Shown piece after piece: positions 29,036 to 42,700 of a DNA stretch of 64,000 bases. Source of the DNA: the human T2T-CHM13v2.0 reference genome, Homo sapiens. The translations under genes and the position numbers were made by a program. Each line of letters opens with the position of its first letter. Positions within the stretch are counted from its first letter, which is position 1. The notes below the pieces were generated by a model. The model had not been told where the DNA came from, did not search any database, and saw only the letters and a program-made list of their open reading frames with translations. Where the stretch lies: the NCBI RefSeq assembly GCF_009914755.1, contig NC_060925.1. The stretch is one strand, 5' to 3'.

Positions 29036-30916
29036 AGTCCTCTATCTAAGAAGAAATAACATACTGTTTTAATTACTAGACCTTAAATTTCTTAGCTACT
29101 TTTAAGTAACTCCCTTAACTTTATCATTATTATTATTATTATTATTAATGAAAATCTTTCTTGCTATTCATTTTTTCTTTTGGTATGAATTTTAGGATTG
29201 ACATAAAATATCACAAAATAGCTATAGAAATTTTGATTGGGATTGCATTGAATTTATGGTCTAGTATCAACAAATTTGATGTAATTAGAGTATTTTGTTC
29301 TTCCACCCAATAACTTGGCATATCTCTTTACACATTTAGATTTTCCTTTATGTCTCTCTATAGTGTTTTATTTTATAAAGTAGAAATGTATTTTTAGAAT
29401 TATTTTTGAAAGCCGTTTAAGTTTCATTTCTATTGTAAATGTTATTTTTTCTTTCACATTACCTATATATTTTTAAACAGTATAGGAATCTTATTGATTT
29501 GTGTTTGCAAAACTTGCCAGACTCACTTATTACATTTACTAAGTTGTCTATTCTCTTATATTTTCTTGGTAAAAAATCATATCAACTGAAAAATGTTTTT
29601 TTGTCTTCTTTTCTAATTATCACTATTTTTTTCCTTCTCTTCATTTATCATTTCAAGCGCTAGGACCTAGAAGCAGTGTTCACTAGAAATGGTGACAGTA
29701 ATTTCCTTATCTTGCTCCAGGTTTTTATGTGGTTGCTTTTGAGTTTCATATTTATAGTATTAAAATAAAATTTTGGAGACCTGGGTCTTTAGAAGAGCTG
29801 GATAATCATTTCTGATAATAGCCTCCTTGGAATGGTTCTCATGAAGTTTGTGTGGTGACATCTTTGGTGTAGGGTGACTGGAAATGGTGGTCTTACCAAG
29901 GGCAATTGGAAATCTGTGTGATTATTTTCAATTATATTAAAAACTTGGAATTGTGTTAAGCTGTCAAGCCTCTAAAAATTTAGAGAAGTGGATATTAAAA
30001 TAAAATTTTAGGTGGGTAATGATGAATGCTTACAAGCTTAAGTGACTCGGCTGTGGGCATGTTCAAATTTTGAGACAAACTCAGAAAACTGTTCTCAACT
30101 CAAACCCTGCTACAACAGAGGCCAGAACTATACTTTACCACAAATATGCCTGCCACATAAGTGACTTTCTCTTTGCTACATAATTGTAAGTAATTAAAAG
30201 GTCATCCTTGTCTCCCAAAACTGGGCAATCACTTTTGTTTCATGGTCTTTTACCCAATCTCTTCTGCAGATCAGTAGTAGATAAATCATACTCTCTCAAA
30301 AGTTCAATTGAAGATAATTTATGATATCAAAGAGACTTCAAATTTCTTCATATTATCTCGTTTTTAAAATATTCTTATTCAAAAGGATATACAGATTAAA
30401 AGAAAATGGGTGCCTGTAGTTCTTGCTTTATCTATAGAGCATTCTTGTAAATTTACTGAACTTAAAAGTTTATTCCTTTTTCTATCAGATTAGTCTTTTC
30501 ATCTTATGCCTTTCAACCCATTTTTCAGTATTTAACTCTGTAATTAGTACTTTATTACATTTAACATATCTGTCAAATTGGGCTACTTACTATTCTACAA
30601 ATAATTCCTATGTTTAGCAGTCTCCAAAATCTTAAAATCCTAAGTTCCTCACACCCCTTGGAATGGTTTTGCCTTCCTTATCTGCCTGTTAAAATTTATC
30701 GATCTTACAAAATCCTATGAAATACTACTCCCTTAAGGAAAATATTGCATTCTCATAGAATTACCCCATAATGCCCTTCCATTAGCCCTTTATTTGTATT
30801 TCACTAAATTTCCTATTCATTTTTATGGAGTGTTGATTATTGGGTATATTTTTACTCTTTGCTAATAGGAGAAAGAACTCAACTCACATAGGGACCGCTT
30901 GTTCAGAGCAACTACA

Positions 30917-30918
<2 letters not shown>

Positions 30919-30948
<30 letters not shown>
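30919..30948. repeat. (GT)15 microsatellite
   Basis: Direct reading; sits at the tail of the adjacent L1. Confidence 0.97.
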
Positions 30949-30949
<1 letters not shown>

Positions 30950-30950
<1 letters not shown>

Positions 30951-33900
30951 CCACTTTATTGAGATAATTCATGTAACATAAAATTAATTTAATGGGCTTT
31001 TTAAGAATATATCCAGAGTTGTGCAATCATTGTGAAATCTAACTTTAGAACATTTACTACCCCAAAAAAGAAACTCTATACCTATTGGCAGTCATTCCCC
31101 ATCTTCCCAATCCCTAGACCCCAGGTAACTACAAACCCACTTTCTGATGTAGGAGGGTGTTGTTTAATTTTCATGCCCTTTGTAAATTTCCCAGATTTCC
31201 TTCTATTAGTGATTTCTAGTTTAATTCCACTGTGTTCAACGAATATACTCTACATGACTTCAGTTCTTTTACATTTATTGAGGCTTGTTTTATGGTCAAA
31301 TGTATGCTCATTCCTGGAAAATATTTAACGTGCACTTAGAAGAATGTATATTCTTCTTTTGCTGGGTGGATTATTCTGTAGATGTTTGTTAGGTGACCTT
31401 GTGTATAACATCTTTGTTGATTTTCTGTCTAAGTTGTATTATTCATTATTGAAAATGAGACATTTAATTCTTCAAAAACTACTGTTAATTTTTGTATTTT
31501 TCTTTTCTATCTAGTCAGTTATTTGCTTCAAATATTTTGGGGCTCTATTGAGATGTATATGATAAATTAATCCTTTTATTATTATAAATTTCCCTCTTTG
31601 TCATTATTAAATATTTTCATCTATTTTGTTTTTTATTTGTTTAGCCATTCCAGCTCTCTTTGGTTAGTGTTTGCATGGTATATATTTTTGAATTTTTTAT
31701 TTTCAACTTTTTAATTTTTTCAATCTAAAGTATGTTTATTGTAGACAGTAATGGATCATGTGTTTTGTTCATTCTGCCAATGTTGTTTTAATTGTAGTGT
31801 TTAATACATTTAAATTTAATATAGTTACTGATAAGTTTAGATTCACATCTGTTATTTTGCTATTTGCTTTCAACATTTGATATATCTCTATCTATTTCTC
31901 CATTACTTCTTTATTTTGTGTTCAGTAGATGTTTTATATTATGCCATTTAAATTACTTTTTTTTTTTTACTATATATTTTTATTTACTGTCTTCATGGTT
32001 GCCTGGGGATTAAGTTAGCATCTTAAAGTAAACTACTAGTACTAATGTATTTTCAATAGTATACAGAAACTCTGATCCCATCTCCTTCCTTTCTGCTATT
32101 ATTGCCATATAAATTGCATCTTTATACATTAGGAGACCATCAACATACTTTTATAACTATTACTTGTATTATACTTGCATTTTAAATTAGGAGAAGAAAA
32201 TAATTACAAACAAAAATGTATTTATACTCTTTTCCACATTTACCAATGTTGTTAACTGTATGGTGTTCCTTATCTTTGTGTGTGGATTTGAGTTACAATT
32301 TAGCCTAAAAAGTTTCTTTCAGAATTTCTCTTTAAACAGTTCTAGTTAGGACAAATTACCTGTATTTTTCTCATTTTAAAGAGTTTTTGCTGGATGTAGA
32401 ATTCTTGGTTGCAAGTGTTTTTTTTAATGTTTAGAATATGGAATATGCCATTTTCTTGACTTATGACCTTTATATTTTCTGATGAGAAGTCAGCTATTAA
32501 TCTTATTGAAGATCCTTTTTATGTAGTGTATCTTTTTTTTTTTCCTTTCTGCTTTCAACCTTTTCCATCTTTGGCACTGACAGTTTGACTATGATGTACC
32601 AAGGTGTGGATGTCCTTGAGTTTATCCTATTTGGAGTTTATTGAGCTTCTTAGAAATGTAGAATAATTTTTTTAAAAATCAAAGTTGAACATCAATGAAT
32701 TTTTTTTAAAAAAACTATTTATTATACTTTTTAACTCCAGGACTTTTATTTGTTTCTTCTTTTATAATTTCTTTCCCTTTATTGTTTTACTATTTGGTGA
32801 GACATCACTGACATAATTTCTTTTAATTCTTTAGACACAGTTTATTTTAGTTCTTTGGTCATATTTATAATAGCTTATGTGAAGTCTTTGTGTAGTAAGT
32901 TGAACATATAAACCTATTCTGAGATAGTATATATGTATTTCTTTTTTTCCCATTGTATGGGCCATACATTCTTATTTCTTAATGAGTTTTATATTTTTTG
33001 CTTAAAAACTATATATTTTAAATATTTGAGATATTTTGATGTGATAACTCTAGAAATCATAACCTTCCCTGCCAACCAGGGTTTGATGCTGTGGCTGTTT
33101 TGTTGTTGTTAGTGCTGCTATTTTTTAGTTATTGACATTCTTGGAGTAACTGTATATAGTTTGGGTTCCCTGTAGTGTGCATTCACTTTAGTCTCTACTC
33201 AGTCATCTTAGCGATCAAGTAATTATTGGTCAGATTTTCTTAGTTGCCTTGAACCAATAGTCTTTCACCTTTTGTTGAGGAATTCTGTTTATTGAACCCT
33301 GTCATCAATGCTCAAGGGTTTTACAACCTCTTTATTCTTTACTTTTTGCTTGGGAAGGGCCTCAAAATCAGCCAGTGGTGAGAGATAGAGACTCCCTCCT
33401 TTCCTGAGCAACCATCCAGACCTGCATCTCTGCATAGACTTCTCGAACTCCAGGCATCTATCAGAACTTTGCAAAGCCCCTACGGACATCTTGTTCCCCA
33501 GATCTTTTAAAATTTTTAGTCAAGCTCTTATTTATCTAAACCGATAACTGCAGCCTTAGGCAGCTACAATGTTAAACAATTTTTGCTTAATATTTTCCAC
33601 AAAGACTCTGGAGATAGGTCTTTTCCTATAGAGGTAGTTCCCAGACAGATCAAATAATGACAAACTGCTATGAATGGGGCTTTTCCAGGGGGCTGCCAGA
33701 CAAGTCAAATAGTGACAATTCTCTATTGATGAACCTTTTTTTTGAGGTCCAAACCTGGTTTACTCGCTCTGATAATTGAACAGCTTCTGTTTTTCACGGA
33801 TACTATGATTGCAAGGCTGCTAGTTTTTAAGAGGTCTGTAGAAGTAGGAAGAGGAAGAAGGGAATATGTAAAGTTGAAATGTTACAAATTCTATTGTTCT

Positions 33901-34076
33901 TACTAAGAATTAGCAGTTTTTCTTGAATAAACGTTTCTCAGATCTTTTTCAAGACTTTGGCTAATTTCTAGAATTTGAAAAAGTTATTTTTGGCAATGTT
34001 TTGTCAATGTTTCTGTTGCTTTTTTGGAGGGATGGGTTTGTGGAAGACCTCACTCCACTTCTGGAATCAGAAGTCC
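30950..34076 (-). mobile_element. L1MB/L1M4-type element: 3' end joined to endonuclease region, ORF1 and 5'UTR
   Basis: L1MB-like 3' terminus (actttattgagataatt...aacccactttctg) to about 31146. Then EN-region antisense (gatttctagtttaattccactgtg; gaagaatgtatattct), ORF1 antisense (tttctgatgagaagtcagct) and the 5' end (cactccacttctggaatcagaagtcc). Confidence 0.75.
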
Positions 34077-34296
34077 TATTTTCCCATCTCAGAGTTTTAA
34101 CAGCACTAAAGATTTTGTTTAACTCTACCATCTATATTTGGAATGAACTACATTTAAAAGCATTTGTTCAGAGACTAATAATGCAAAGAAGTATAAAAGC
34201 ATAGTAATAGCTTTTAGCAAACTTAATGTTCTATGGATATAAGTATGACCTAAATATAAATAGTAAAATATGAAAATAAGACACATATGCCAAGTC

Positions 34297-34317
34297 CACA
34301 CACACACACACACACAC
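34297..34317. repeat. (CA)10 microsatellite
   Basis: Direct reading. Confidence 0.95.
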
Positions 34318-34522
34318 GTCTTGTAAATTTAAGCTGGACTAACATGAATATTAGAGTTCAGGTTATACTAGCCCTTTACAGTAAAAAACCAACCAAGGTC
34401 AAAGATAAATTTAGAAGAAAATAAAGGTCACAGAACACCTGAGGGAAGTTATCACTTGGTTAGCACTGAAGCACTGCAGTGTTCATGTAAAGATGGCCAT
34501 GTGTGGAACTTGTAACTATGGG

Positions 34523-35125
34523 TACTAAGACTCAGAAAATAATCATCCAAAATGAAAGCTTCAGAAGCAAAGTCTCTGACATTCTCCTGAGCTCCTGTCT
34601 CTTGCCCCTCATTCTCCCTTGAAGCAAGCGGTAGAAACTAGAATTCTTCTTTCCCAAGGCAAGTCATGGAAACCAAAACCCCTTTTCCCCAAAGCCAACT
34701 GTAAAGCCTAAAATTATTACTCTGACTTTCCCTCACCTTTCTTTGTAACAGCTGGCCATAAAGAAATTAGGACTGTCCTTCCAGAGGGGTCCTGCCCCAT
34801 ACACAAGAGGTAGGAATGTTATACAGAGAAGCCAAGAAGAATCTGAACAGACAGGCCTTGTTGGGTTCCCCACTCTATTTCCATTAGTTCATACACTTTG
34901 TCCAATCACATTTCTACAACAGCTGTCCCTGCTTTATAGAACCTAAACATAAAAATTGATAGTTTCCCCTGTATCTTTAGAGTCTCTATTCTGAAATCTC
35001 CTCTGTCATGTAAAACTGTGATCAAATAAATTTGTTATGCTTTTCTCTTGTTAACCTGTCTTTTGTTATAGCCATAACCTTAATCATAGGGACAAAAGGA
35101 ATTACCCTCTTTCTGCCCCAATACA
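34523..35125 (+). mobile_element. ERV1 solo LTR, MER39/MER34 group (MER39B/LTR29-like)
   Basis: gactcagaaaataatcatccaaaatgaa...gccaagaagaatctgaacagacaggccttg...aataaatttgttatgcttttctc...ca. Confidence 0.8.
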
Positions 35126-36350
35126 GGCATTCTGAATTATTCTTGAGTTTATATAGTAGGTCATACAATTTCACCTCACACAGTTCCCTATTTCCAGTTT
35201 GTAACATAATAGTCACTGGGCAGCCCACAGAACATCAGGAAGTAAAGAAGCAATTTTTAATAGAAATCACAAAGGAATTTTGTTTCAGAACACAAGGCGT
35301 AGTTTTACCAATTAGGCTAGAATTCTGTTTCAATACTATTATTCTTAGATATAACATTGGAATATTCTGCTATAAGAAGTAATGAAGACACTACTATTAG
35401 TCATTTTAAAATAATTTGAACAACATCTCTGCTAATATTATTCTTGTTACAGACTAATGTGCTATATTCCTGGAGTCACCAGTACCTTGTTTATTACAAA
35501 CTTCTCTTCTATCCAACACTAATTTTTTAAGCAATTATTTTCTAAACATAATGTTATATTTTAGCTTTCTTGGCAAATTGGCAGATAAAAACTTGTCTAA
35601 ATTCATATTTTTCAAAGAATTAAAGGCCTAATATAGATTCAAAATTTTGTTTCAAATGGTCCCTTATTTGCAACTAATCAAAAATGATGCTAACAAATGA
35701 CTGGTCTTTATCTTATCTGGGTAACTTAAACACCAGTTTTGCTAAGTTTAGGCACGTACTGATTCTTTGGTTTGAATTTATTTTCTTTATATCACAAGTC
35801 ATTTGTGATCTTGAAAACATCTGGCAGTAGCTTTTAATTTTTATAGCTTTTAAGAGCTAATCATGTCAATGAAGTGACATGAATTTTATATAATTATAGA
35901 ATTCAATTATTCAAAATTATAGAATTTTATAATTCAAGAGTTTATAGAGATCACATAATCTAATTTACTCATTTCTTCTATGAGATACTGCTGCCTGGAG
36001 AGCTTAAGAGATTTGCCCAAGGGTACATAGTGCATACAATTTCCAGGCTAAAACCAATTCTTCTCTCTCTACTGCATCCTAATAATATACTTGTTTTTCA
36101 GAGTAATAATATCTATTTATTATTATTGAAATTGAAAAAGCTGAAAGCTAAACATTTAAATAATAGTAGTTTAGGTCCTTAAAGAGGCCTGGAATTATAT
36201 TGGAAATAGTGGAAAGCTCTTAGTAAAATTGTGATAAAATAAGTTTTTTAATTATTAGGAACAAAGTGGGTTTCATCCTCATTAGATTGTATGACACTGT
36301 AGAGAATTTAAAAGATTGAAATGCTGTCTAGACAACTTTGACTTTTACTA

Positions 36351-36835
36351 TGTGGTAGGCAGGATAATGAACCCCTAAAGGTATTGACACGTTAATCCCC
36401 AGGACCTATGTATATGTTCCCTTACATAACAAAAGAAAATTTTCAGATATGATTAAAATTAAGAAGCTTGGGATAGGGAGATTATTCTAGATTATCCAGG
36501 TGGTGGGCCCAATCCTTAAATGTGAGAAGCTTTTCTGGCAGAGAACTCGAGACATGGTGTGGCAAAGGAAGAACTTGACCTGATGTTGTTGGTTTTGAAG
36601 ATGGAAGAAGAGGCCACAAACCAAGGCGGGTGCCTTCTAGAAGCCAGCAAAGGCAAGGTTAGGGATTCTCCCAGAGAGCCTCCAGAGAGGAATTAAGTTC
36701 TGTTGAGACCTATATCTTAGTGCATTAAGACCTGTGTTGAATTTCTGCCCTACCCAACTGTAAGATAATACATTTCTGCTGTTTTAGCCATAAGTTTGTG
36801 ATGATTTCTTACAGTAGCAATAAAAAACTAATATA
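36351..36835 (+). mobile_element. MLT1D-like MaLR solo LTR
   Basis: tgtggtaggcaggataat...gggagattattctagattatccaggtgg...aactgtaagataata...aaaactaatata. TSD tacta/tacca. Confidence 0.9.
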
Positions 36836-38188
36836 TACCACAAATCCTCATTCTATCAACGTGGCAGGTACACTGACTGATTACATTACATTTATTCCAG
36901 ATTTAATTCTATTCATCAAATAAGAAATATTTTATTTGAAACCAAATTTCAGAATAATGCAGGAAGAAAAAGCAGTGTGGTTACCGTTGGGACAGGTGTA
37001 ATTTACAAATCTGTTAGCTTATATGGAACCAAGACAAACAAATAAAAAATAATGTGTACAGTTTGAGGTCATAATAGAACTACTCAAGTAATCATGAAGG
37101 CTCAGACAACATGAAGAAATGTAAACTTTCACCTTTTTACTCTATTTCAGTCTTTTATAGAAAGTTCCAATAAGCTAGGACTGAAAGAGTGAAAGCTTGA
37201 AGAAATAATTCTTGGCTTGTAGTGAGGACTGTGGCATGCCCTTGACCACATTCTCAGCAGACAGTTAAAGTCAAGAGCTGTGCACATGTCTTGCTCTGAA
37301 CTTCTGATTCAGAGTGTGTTTTACAGGTGAGCAGGGTCACAGCAACATTCTTAACCTTTAAGAGGTGACATTTCGAAATGTTTGAGTATAAGGGTCACTT
37401 TGTTTAAAGGGCTAATTTGTGCATTTGAAATTAAAATGCTCATATTTTAATGAAAATTCATATTTCTTTCCATGAAGAGGTACAGAGTGAAGTTATGAAA
37501 GATGTGGATGTTCCAAAATTTTCTAACTTGAGGTTTCTCTCTCTCTTTTCTTGTTTAACAAGAGGAATGAACACAACTATATTGACTCATGCCCTAAGTG
37601 AATAGCTGTGTGGCACTTTTTGCCAAGCTATTGGCCTTCTTCAGTCTCTTTTGATCTATTTTTTCACCTCTCTTGTAACCTTTATGAACAGTTGAATGAT
37701 GTGTGGAAATTGAATTCATCCCAAAATCAATGCCATTGAGTATGCTATGTGATCTCTCAAATACTATATAAAAAGGAGAAAATCTCAGAGTTTCATTACC
37801 ACCAGCTGTATATGTTCTATTTAGTAATATTCAGATTGAATTCCATTTTCACTGCGAATGTGAATGCAGCTAAAAAGTTACGATTTAGCCTATCAACCTG
37901 CCAATTATTGCAGAAATGGGACAGTTTGCACTGCTTTTTTTCTAATATCTACAATAATACTTTACACATTCAGGTCATTTTTCATCAAGAGATCTCAGAG
38001 CTTTTTATAAATATTTATTTCCATATCTCACTCCCTGTCCAGTGACTTTAAAATTTGTAAACAACTGATGAAATTGAGACATTATTTTAATATTAGGATT
38101 CCATAGTGAGTTGGTGGACTGGGCTAAAATATAAAATGTCTCAATACTTTCATCTAAAGTATTGATACTTTGTCACAGAGAAAAGTGG

Positions 38189-39781
38189 TTTTTTAATTTT
38201 TTAAAAATTTTTGTGGGTACATAGTAGATGTATATATTTATGAAATACATGATATGTTTTGATACAGGCATGCAATGTCAAATAAGCACATCATGGAGAA
38301 TGCACTATCAAATAGTAGGTCTTACTCATTTTTTCTATTTTCTTGGCACCCATTAATCATCCCCACCTCCCTCCCAACCCCCTACTACCCTTCCCAGCTT
38401 CTAGTAACCATCCTTCTACACTCTATTTCCATGATTTCAACTGTTTTGATTTTTAGTTACCAAAATAAGTGAGAACATGCCATATTTATCTTTCTGTTCC
38501 TGGCTTATTTCACGTCACATAATGATTTCCAGTTCTATCCATGTTGTTGCAAATTACTGAATATTATTATTTTTTATGGCTGAACAGTACTTCATTGTGT
38601 TTATGTACCACATTTTTTAATCCATTCATCTGCTGTTGGAAACTTAGGTTGCTGCTAAATCTTAGCTATTGTAAACAGTGCCATAACAAACATAGAAGTG
38701 CAGATATCTCTTTGACACACCGATTTCCTTTCTTTTAGCTATATGCCCAGCAGTGGGATTCCTGGATCATATGATAGCTTAGTTTTTAGTTTTTTGATGA
38801 ACCTCCTAACTCTTCTCCATAGCGGTTGTACTAATTTACATTCTCACCAATGGGTTACAGGGGTTCCCTTTTCTCCACATCCTCATCAGCATTTGTTATT
38901 GCCTCTCTTTTTAAGTGGGGTGAAATGAAAACTCACTGTAGTTTTGATTTGCATTTCTTTGATTATCAGTGATGTTGAGCACCTTTTCATATGCCTGTTT
39001 GCCATTTGTGTGTTTTCTTTTGAGATATGTCTATTCAAATATTTTGCCCATTTTAAATATCAGATTATTAGATTTTTTCTCCATTGAGTTGTTTGAGCTC
39101 CTTATATATTCTAGTTATTAAACCCTTGTCAGAAGGGTAGTTTGCAAATATTTCCTCCCATTCTGTGGATTGTCTCTTCACTTTGTTGACTGTATCTTTT
39201 GCTGTGCAGAAACTTTATAACTTGATGTGATCCCATTTGTCCATGTTTGCTTTGGTTGCCTGTGCTTATGAGGTATTGCTCAAGAAATCTTTGCCCAGAC
39301 CAATGTCTTGGAGATTTTCCCCAATGTTTTCTTGTAGCAGTTTCATAGTTTGAGATCTTAGATTTAAGTCTTTAATCCATTTTTATTTGAATTTTGTATA
39401 TGGCAAGATATAGGAGTCTAGTTTCATTCTTTTGCATATGGATATACAGTTTGCCCAGCACCATTTATTGAGGAGACTTTGTTTTCTCCAGTGTATGTTC
39501 TTGTCACCTTTGTCAAAAATGAGTTTACTACAGGTGCATGGATTTGTTTCTTGGTTCTCTATTCTGTTCCATTTGTCTATGCCTCTGCCTTTAGGCCTGC
39601 ACCATGCTGTTTTGTTAACTATAGTTCTGTAGTATAATTTGAAGTCAGCTAATGTGATTCCTCCAGTTGTGTTCTTTTTCTTAGGATAGCTTTGGCTATA
39701 TTGGGTCTTTCGTGGTTCCATATGAATTTTAGGATTGGTTTTTCTATTTCTGTGAAGAATGTCATTGGTATTCTGACAGGG
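38189..39781 (-). mobile_element. L1MA1/L1MA2-like, 5'-truncated (1.6 kb)
   Basis: 3' end ttttgtgggtacatagtag...gatacaggcatgcaatg. ORF 39383-39898 gives L1 ORF2 residues [34 protein letters not shown]. Confidence 0.92.
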
Positions 39782-42700
39782 AGAGAAATGAGTTTTAAAG
39801 ATTTGGTTGCTTATTTTTAAATTGTTTCCCTCTTTTATCTCTCTGCATAGTAGAAAGATTGAGTGGGCACTAGAATAGCATTGACCTACCCAAGTCAATT
39901 GGGCAAGAGGAACATGGCTGACATTCTAACATGGGTGAGATGTCAGCCATGAGATGGAGGCTGGCCAGGGTGCTAAGCAATTGGAAAGAGCCCTGTTTTT
40001 CATTTTTTTAAATTAAAACTGTCACTTTCCTTCCTCTCTCTCTCTAGCATTCTTCACATCTTTTATGATCTAAGGTCTAAAACTTGGATACAAGATAACT
40101 CAACCACAGCATGCACGTTCAGTGGCCTTGGTTATGTTCCCTGTATTTAACTTTTTCCCTACAGAGACATTGACCATTTAGATTTGCGCAATTACACACA
40201 CACAAATGCTCAGATATATTTCTGTTTTTGAACTGCTGTTTAATTGTAGTCACAGAATGAAACTGTAGTTGAGAGCTTTCGTAGAGGAAGTTCAAATAAA
40301 CATAAGCTATTGACTGGATTTCCCCCAAAACTTGTTTACCCCCAAAATTCACATTCATATAGTTTGGTGTATTTTTGTTTGTTTCTTTTTCTTTTTTTGC
40401 TTTGGCTTACTCAGAAGAGGAGCCCTATCAATATATGGAGCAAATGATATTGAATAGAAGTAGAAGATCACTATGGTTTTGCCTGCCTTTTACAGTTTTG
40501 GTTTTATTTCTTTGTTTTGTTTTGTTATAAATACATGCTTCTCTTTACTTCATTGGTCCTGGTTTGGTTTGGTAATGTTGTCATGATGAACAGCCTATCT
40601 GAGTTTTAAATAGAAATCATTCAATTATCATATTTGAGAATTTTTGCTTAATATTGGCCAAAAATAATTCTCGTGTTTTCCTTTATCCAAATTTGGTTTC
40701 TTAGAGAAACTATACCTTACAGAAAGTTGGTTTAGCATGTATTTATTCCCTGCTTATGCATTTTCATGGAGTCATCTATTTTCTAGGTACTGAAAAATGA
40801 ATGGAACTCTGTTTTTGTTCTCCAGTGACTTATAGCAATCACCTGTTGATGACTAAGAAGATAAATATGTCAAGGCAATGAAATAAGCAAAATATTCTCC
40901 AAATTTTTTTCTTAAAATAAATTGGTAAGCCAGAATCCAGTGTTTCTTTTACTTGCACATGTGGAAAATTTCTCTCTCAAAGAGTATGAAGAAGGTATGC
41001 TAAGAACAAAGAATATTTCATACTTATTAAACGTAGTCAAATTCAAAATTCCTATATGTCACAGAATATTATGGAAGAGGTGCTAGTACATTTTTAAATG
41101 ATTTAGTCACTAAACATATGGTGTTTTATTGGTCTCCTTACTGCACACACACAAGTTAATATTTTATGGAGTTCTAGTAAACTAATGGGCAAGCTTTCAA
41201 GGAATGGCGCAAGTGTGAGTACCCAAATACTTTCATTACCAAAATTGGAAAAGTTACTAAGAATGAAGGGTTTTACAACATCGGAGTCAAAGCAATCCAA
41301 ATCTCCCATTAGAAACTGATCTAAAGTGAATTCCAATAAAAATGGGTAAATCAACTTACAGTGCTTATGCTTATCATCCTGTGTTAAATTGTGAAATCAC
41401 ACCTTGGGAACTAGAACTACCATATTTACCAGAATCTCTTTCATGATTTATTGTGATGACTTCATCATAAATATGTTTTCACTTATGTCGGGTAAAATGC
41501 CACTGGACAAAGGTGTGTAGCAAAATTTTTAGCTTTTCATTTCATGTCATAATATGCTTTTAGAAACGTGGCATGAAATCCAGAATTCTTTTTCTCTCAA
41601 ATGCCTTTTAAAATAGGAAATTAAATAAATGAATCCACAGAAGAGAGTTTTTAAGATGCTATTAGTAGTCGCTAAATATGCAAATAATGCTTATGGTTTG
41701 AGAAGGTGGGTATCATTCACATGATTCTAATCAAAATAAGTCTCAATGATATGGAAGTCTCAGGTAAAGAAAACTCTTTTTAATCTAAATTATCTATGAA
41801 CTTATATTACTTCTTGATTTCACTTGAGAACCTTTTGTGACTGAAAATATTATTATTAAAATAGAAAATGGGAACACAGGGTAGTGGTATGATTGCTCTG
41901 TGGTCTTCATTGCAAGGTTCTAGGAGTAAAAACTAAGTTTGATATTTTACCTATGAAAGACTTCAGGCTAAAATTTGAAAAATAGTCTTTTACTTTTCTA
42001 CTAAGTATTCAATCCTACTAAAGAGACTTTGTATATATATTTATACATATGCTCAGAACTCCCTCCAAACCTTACAAATGTTGTAATGAGATTTCTTTAA
42101 TATTTCTGCATTTGAATATCTGTTAGTGAATGTAAAAATGTACTTATGTTTAGAGTGATCTATTTCTACCGTATTACCAAAAATAAGTCTTGGCTTTGTC
42201 CACAATGAACATTGCAATATTTTTGTCTTTGTCACTCACTGGGGAAGGGTTTCTACCTGGTTTGCTTTGGAAAACTTGTATTAAAGAGGAAAGTCTTGGA
42301 TGCAGGTTTTCCCAATATGTCATCATGTTCTTATTGTATTTATGAGTCTCTGAAAGTGAGTTGTGCTCCAGGATAAATGTTTTAGATCCTGGAAGAAAGT
42401 TGGAGCATTCTCAGTGTCACCGTCCAATCCTGGAAATGTGATTTTTACAACTTTGTCATTCATAATAAAGCTTACAAGAAATCTTCTGGAGAACATTAAG
42501 TATATATTACATGCCATGTTATCAGTGATCTATTTGTTTTCAATTTTGTTTTAACCTTTCAATTTAGCCAAAAAGTTTCCACATTTTATCTGCCTTACAT
42601 GTTCCTCTTGTGACTGAGATACGGTCTTTAATTTTGCATCTGTATTTGCTAACACATACATGCTTATATCATGATTTCCATTCCACTGAAACTTTAAACA

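Noticed and set aside
39383-39898. Longest ORF (171 aa) as a gene
   Set aside because: It is an L1 ORF2 fragment within a 5'-truncated L1MA element.
41103-41354. ORFs in unique DNA (also 16735-17088, 17499-17774, 23428-23754)
   Set aside because: No recognisable domain, short, and no coherent coding exon structure; consistent with chance ORFs.
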